This document shows, in pieces, positions 59,869 through 64,000 of a stretch of 64,000 nucleotides of DNA; positions within the stretch are counted from its first letter, which is position 1; each line of letters begins with the position of its first letter. The position numbers were made by a program, and so were the translations under genes. Location of the stretch: contig OY760175.1 in assembly GCA_963663165.1 (NCBI GenBank), positions 5,664,001 through 5,728,000 of the forward strand, given 5' to 3'. The stretch comes from an uncultured Desulfospira sp. (GTDB lineage Bacteria; Desulfobacterota; Desulfobacteria; Desulfobacterales; Desulfobacteraceae). A model generated the notes under the pieces. The model was not told the origin of the DNA, made no database searches, and saw only the letters and a program-made list of their open reading frames with translations.

Positions 59869-61559
59869 TAAGCTATTTTGTCGGTTAGGGACTGCGCATG
59901 GATAATATATTCCTTATCCATAAATCCGGACATGAACTGGTAATCGGCAAACACGCCCAAAAGGGTCTTGGCAAAGTATTTGTTCTTATTTATCAGGTCA
60001 TTGAAGCCCGGGGCAAACAGCCTTTCGCCAGGGCAGATATGATGGTTGAAAAAGGTTGAGTAAAAGGCCCGCTGGGGTTTGTAATAAAGGGCATAAGAAT
60101 GGAGCCGTTTCTTGATGTCTTTTTGGACATCCACCCCGGTCATGGGGCGTTCGGAATACCGGCAAAGCTCTTCAAAACAGCTCTGGTGCAAAATCCGGCG
60201 CAAACTGGCCGTCAGTTCCATGGTCCGGTCCTGGGTGGCCAGACCCACATCGGCTTTAAGGGCCATGACCGGCTCAAGGGTTTCATAGGTGGCCTTTTTG
60301 ACCAGTCTGATATAGGCTTCCCGGACCCGTTGTTTTTCCTCGAGAAGATCCTGTTCTTCCAGATTCAGGTTGTCTATGGCGGTCCGGATTTCGTTAAGGC
60401 ATTGGCCGAGCCGGTCGGCGGTGTCCGTTTCCTCTCCGGATGACCATGCATTGATCCTTGATTCCAGTTCGTCATAACACAGGCTGAAAAGGTCTAAAAA
60501 CAGGGTCTGGTAGTTGGGATCGGTTTTAAATTCACGGCAGTAAAGCACCAGGGATTTATAGTAAAATACCCGGTTCAGCCGGTACCGGACCCCGGCATAT
60601 CCAAGCTCCTTGAGCAGTTCTGAGTGGCCGTTTCCGCCATCTTGTTCCCCGGTGCCCACCAGGAACAGCCGGGCCAGGTTTTTCTTTAACTGGGTATGTT
60701 CAGCCCCTAGAAGCTGTTTAAAGGTTGAACCGGTGGCCTGCCTTAAATGGCCTGCGGAAAAAAGAAACCGGTCTATTTCCCTTAAGGTCTGCTGGGCGGC
60801 CTGACTTAATTTTTGCATGGCCTTTAAAAATTTCTTAGGGTCCTGTTCATTCCCCAGGATATAAGCCCGTGTATCAATGATCTTTTCCAAAAGGCCGTTT
60901 TTCTGGTTGAGTTCCTCCCTGGCCTTTTGGATGATCCCGGACAATACCTTGTTGTCCATTTTGGGCAGCCTGGCCCCCACCAGCCGGCAGACCAGGTCGG
61001 CATCGTTGATGTCCTCCAGGTGGCTTCGCCAGGGCTTGTCCTCTGCCAGGGCCTGGGTGAGATTCTTTAACGTCTCGCCGGCCAGGGTTTTATAGTCCCG
61101 GCCGGAACCGCTTTCAAGGATCAGCTGTTTCAGGCCGGGCTCCAGCAGATGGGTGTCCAGCTCATTGGCATCATTCTTGATCCTGCCAAAATAGGTGATG
61201 ATCAGGTTCTGGGTCAAGTTTTCAATGGCGGCCTTGATCCCGGCTTCATGAATGTCCCGCTCAGACACGCTGACCCCGCATTCAAAGGCAAAGGGCGCGG
61301 CTTTGCTGGTCAGCAGATCCAAAAGGGTATACAGGTCGCTGATATAGTCATCGGGAACAATCAGGTGGTTGTCCCTGACCTGTTCTATAAAGAAAGAGAC
61401 AATTTTTCTGACCGGCACCAGGACCTGATCGTTCTCATCCCGTTTGAACCACTTGATAGGGGCAAGCCCATCCGCGCCCTTTTGAAAAATCTGGGGGATT
61501 TTTTTGTGGTACAGCCTGTCCCGGAATGTTTTAATCCTGTCTTCACTGATTGTTTTCAT
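59868..61559 (-). CDS. hypothetical helical protein
   Basis: long ORF whose likely start (MKTISED) overlaps the upstream gene end; no motif recognised. Confidence 0.7.
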   Translation of the reverse strand: MKTISEDRIKTFRDRLYHKKIPQIFQKGADGLAPIKWFKRDENDQVLVPVRKIVSFFIEQVRDNHLIVPDDYISDLYTLLDLLTSKAAPFAFECGVSVSERDIHEAGIKAAIENLTQNLIITYFGRIKNDANELDTHLLEPGLKQLILESGSGRDYKTLAGETLKNLTQALAEDKPWRSHLEDINDADLVCRLVGARLPKMDNKVLSGIIQKAREELNQKNGLLEKIIDTRAYILGNEQDPKKFLKAMQKLSQAAQQTLREIDRFLFSAGHLRQATGSTFKQLLGAEHTQLKKNLARLFLVGTGEQDGGNGHSELLKELGYAGVRYRLNRVFYYKSLVLYCREFKTDPNYQTLFLDLFSLCYDELESRINAWSSGEETDTADRLGQCLNEIRTAIDNLNLEEQDLLEEKQRVREAYIRLVKKATYETLEPVMALKADVGLATQDRTMELTASLRRILHQSCFEELCRYSERPMTGVDVQKDIKKRLHSYALYYKPQRAFYSTFFNHHICPGERLFAPGFNDLINKNKYFAKTLLGVFADYQFMSGFMDKEYIIHAQSLTDKIA

Positions 61560-63744
61560 GAATTTGAATCTCGTATATGTCCTGGTCTGAAGCCGTGTCC
61601 GGCACAACCCCTTCTTTGATAACCACCCGTTTAAGGGGATTTTTAATGGTCAGTTCACAATGTCTTCCCTGAATCAGGTTGCCTGTGCTGACATCAGAGT
61701 CAACCGTAATTTCAAGGATGCCGGGGTTGACTTCCTGCCAGGATTTGAACATCTCAAGCTCCTGTTCAAGATCCCGTCTTTTCTGGTCTAGATAGGTTAT
61801 TTTGTTCATGAGGGTATTGAGGTGGTTCCGTTTGATTTCCATGCGGTCAAGGCTGTCCATGAGTTCGGCACCCAGTCTTGAACACTGGATCCTGGCCTCG
61901 TTGAATCTGCCGGAAGAGGCCGGTTTATCCGTCCCCTGTTCTTTTTCCCGGGACAAGTCCAGGGCGATCCGGATCTTTTTTTCTGAGGCCCGGTCCAGTT
62001 CATCTGCCATCTGGGTGACCTTGCCGTTCAGGGCCTGGACCGTGTCGGTGGCAGCCGCGATCCTGAGCTTGAGGACCTCCATTTCATCTTTAATGGCGGC
62101 AAGTTCCTGTTCTGAAAGGCTTTGGGCCTTTTCAATAAACAGGTCCCGGCCCAGGATAATGGTATTGGGATTAGATTTTTCCGTCCCTATCCTCAAGGCA
62201 TGAATTCCCCTGTTGGCAGCCACCTTGGAGGCAATGATTTCCCCTTTGGGGATGAGGCATGTCCCGGAGCTGGTAATGCCTGAGTCAACAATTTCTTTTG
62301 TTACCCGGATATTTCCTAAGCAGGAAATCTCTGAACTGTGAACCGCGTTGGCCTTCACATTTCCCCAGGCATGAATGGACGCCTGAAAGACCCCTTTTTT
62401 AACGATGACATCCCCAAGGGCCTCAATGATTCCGCCTTCAACCTCGTCTATCCGGATGTCCCGGCCCCTGATTTTAAACCCTGATTTGAGGGTCCCCTTG
62501 ACCTCAATATCCCCGTCGTAGTCAACGTGGCCGGTATTGTAATCCACATCTTTGTCGACCCGGAAGGTTTCCTGAACCATGATCTCCCCGCCCTGGGTCA
62601 GTTTGGGGCAGCCGTTGGCCTGGGCATAAATTTTAAGCCCGTCCTCTGAAAGGGCCGCCCCTTCCCTGGCATTGAAGCGGGCATCGCTTGTCTTTGGGGT
62701 TTCAATGGGTTCTCCGGAAACGGTCATTCCGGGTTCTGATTTTTTAACGGGGAATTTCTCGGCCAGGAGCATCCCTTTTTCAACCATGGGCAGCTCCCCC
62801 CTTTCCCTGAAATCAATATTCCCCTCGTCATCCATCTCTCCGGCCTTAAGGTGGTCTGTATCAAAATAATATTCCACCCGGGCGTCTTCCCCTAAAACAG
62901 GTTCCTTGCCTTTGGCCACCTGGAATGCATTTTTTTTAAAGCCGGTGGAGGCGATGAAATTCTGGAGTACCTCTTTGTTGACCACCCCAAAGGTGACACT
63001 GTTGTCCCGGAGGATATCCATGATGTCTTCTACCTGGATCTGGTTTGAAAATCCGTCATCTTTTTTCAGGAACGCCGCCATCCGGTCTTCCTGGATATCA
63101 AGGAACAGGCCCTGGGCGACTCTTTTCTGAATCCGGGATGTGGACGCTTCTTCAGTGGTGTCAATGAGTTCCGGTTCCGGAAGTTCCGGTTCCGGGAATT
63201 CCAGTTCCGGCCAAAGGTCCATGTTAATTTCCGGAGTTTCTTCCAAAGGGGGCTCCAAGGTTGCGTCCGGTTCAATGGCCTGGGGCCGGGCGGTTTGTTC
63301 TGCCATGCCGTTTTCTGGAGACGGTTCCGGTTCGGCGGCCTCTTTTCCCGCAGCCGTGGGCTCGTTTGTCAGATGCCTGACCGCCTCTTGATACTGCTCT
63401 GGGGTAATTTGGCCGCTTTTCAGAAAAACATCACCGATAAACTCTGGTATTTTTTTGCCGCCGGCCCCTTTCTTTTGTTTGGCAATTTCTTTTTGGATGG
63501 TGGCTTGGTCCAGTAACCCCATTCTGGATAAAATCACTTCGAACCGGCTGTTCTTTTTCAGGATTTTTATGATTTTAACAATTTGAAGAATATTGTCCAT
63601 GTCCGGCTTGGAAATCATGTTCCGGGAAAGAAAATATTCCTTTAATGCCTGGTCGTATGCGGTGGCGTCTTTGCAGGCTTTTATGGCCTCAATGCACTGT
63701 CTGTTGGTGATCAGATTTTTTTGAAGAGCGATTTTTTCAATCAT
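61543..63744 (-). CDS. FapA/DUF342 family protein
   Basis: VAKGKEPVLGEDA, IDFRERG, PGMTVSG, DVDYNTGHVDYDGDIEVKG beta-helix, coiled coil. Confidence 0.85.
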   Translation of the reverse strand: MIEKIALQKNLITNRQCIEAIKACKDATAYDQALKEYFLSRNMISKPDMDNILQIVKIIKILKKNSRFEVILSRMGLLDQATIQKEIAKQKKGAGGKKIPEFIGDVFLKSGQITPEQYQEAVRHLTNEPTAAGKEAAEPEPSPENGMAEQTARPQAIEPDATLEPPLEETPEINMDLWPELEFPEPELPEPELIDTTEEASTSRIQKRVAQGLFLDIQEDRMAAFLKKDDGFSNQIQVEDIMDILRDNSVTFGVVNKEVLQNFIASTGFKKNAFQVAKGKEPVLGEDARVEYYFDTDHLKAGEMDDEGNIDFRERGELPMVEKGMLLAEKFPVKKSEPGMTVSGEPIETPKTSDARFNAREGAALSEDGLKIYAQANGCPKLTQGGEIMVQETFRVDKDVDYNTGHVDYDGDIEVKGTLKSGFKIRGRDIRIDEVEGGIIEALGDVIVKKGVFQASIHAWGNVKANAVHSSEISCLGNIRVTKEIVDSGITSSGTCLIPKGEIIASKVAANRGIHALRIGTEKSNPNTIILGRDLFIEKAQSLSEQELAAIKDEMEVLKLRIAAATDTVQALNGKVTQMADELDRASEKKIRIALDLSREKEQGTDKPASSGRFNEARIQCSRLGAELMDSLDRMEIKRNHLNTLMNKITYLDQKRRDLEQELEMFKSWQEVNPGILEITVDSDVSTGNLIQGRHCELTIKNPLKRVVIKEGVVPDTASDQDIYEIQIHENNQ

Positions 63745-64000
63745 AAAACCGTTATCTTTTAGGCATATTGGGCGAAGGCGCCTTTCTATGAAATAAATGG
63801 AAAATTTATACCCAATTATTCTACCATAAGTTTGATGGAATACAAACGGATGTTTCAGTTTCCAACGGAAACCAAGTGATAAAGAGCTTTCTAAAATTGG
63901 TATCCAATGGTAAAATTTGCTTCTTTTTTATAATGATGGTCGGCCGCATTTTTTTACGGTCGGCCCCTTTTTAAAAACCCCATATTTGCGGACAAAGCCT

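Overview
A 64-kb chromosomal window from a Gram-negative anaerobe. Gene content (NfnAB, CooT, DUF3786-like, AbfD-like, FapA-like) and the style of the intergenic repeats suggest a Desulfobacterales-type deltaproteobacterium (inference). In order: Cache protein and MCP; a flagellar hook/junction/cap set (flgD-E-N-K-L, divergent fliD) whose proteins are oversized and very acidic; hybrid kinase and REC-GGDEF; livKHMGF; a glyA-like gene broken by a 152-bp MITE with an 8-bp target duplication (second copy at 31.8 kb); an orphan dctP; HD-GYP; a DUF2889/PHP/DUF169-CoaE operon with two PAS-LuxR regulators, an AbfD-like dehydratase and a thioesterase; two clusters of a ~90-bp structured repeat bracketing a mosaic of FHA, PP2C and dockerin-like gene fragments; S8 peptidase; K+ channel; an output-less Cache-HAMP-GAF protein; tmk, DUF3842, cooT, nfnAB, pckG; an alr-capA-racemase-Ddl-like cluster; FapA-like. 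A second MITE-like family (145 bp, three copies) abuts stop codons. No rRNA, tRNA, CRISPR array, transposase or integrase was recognised. All family calls come from reading motifs by eye, not from database searches.
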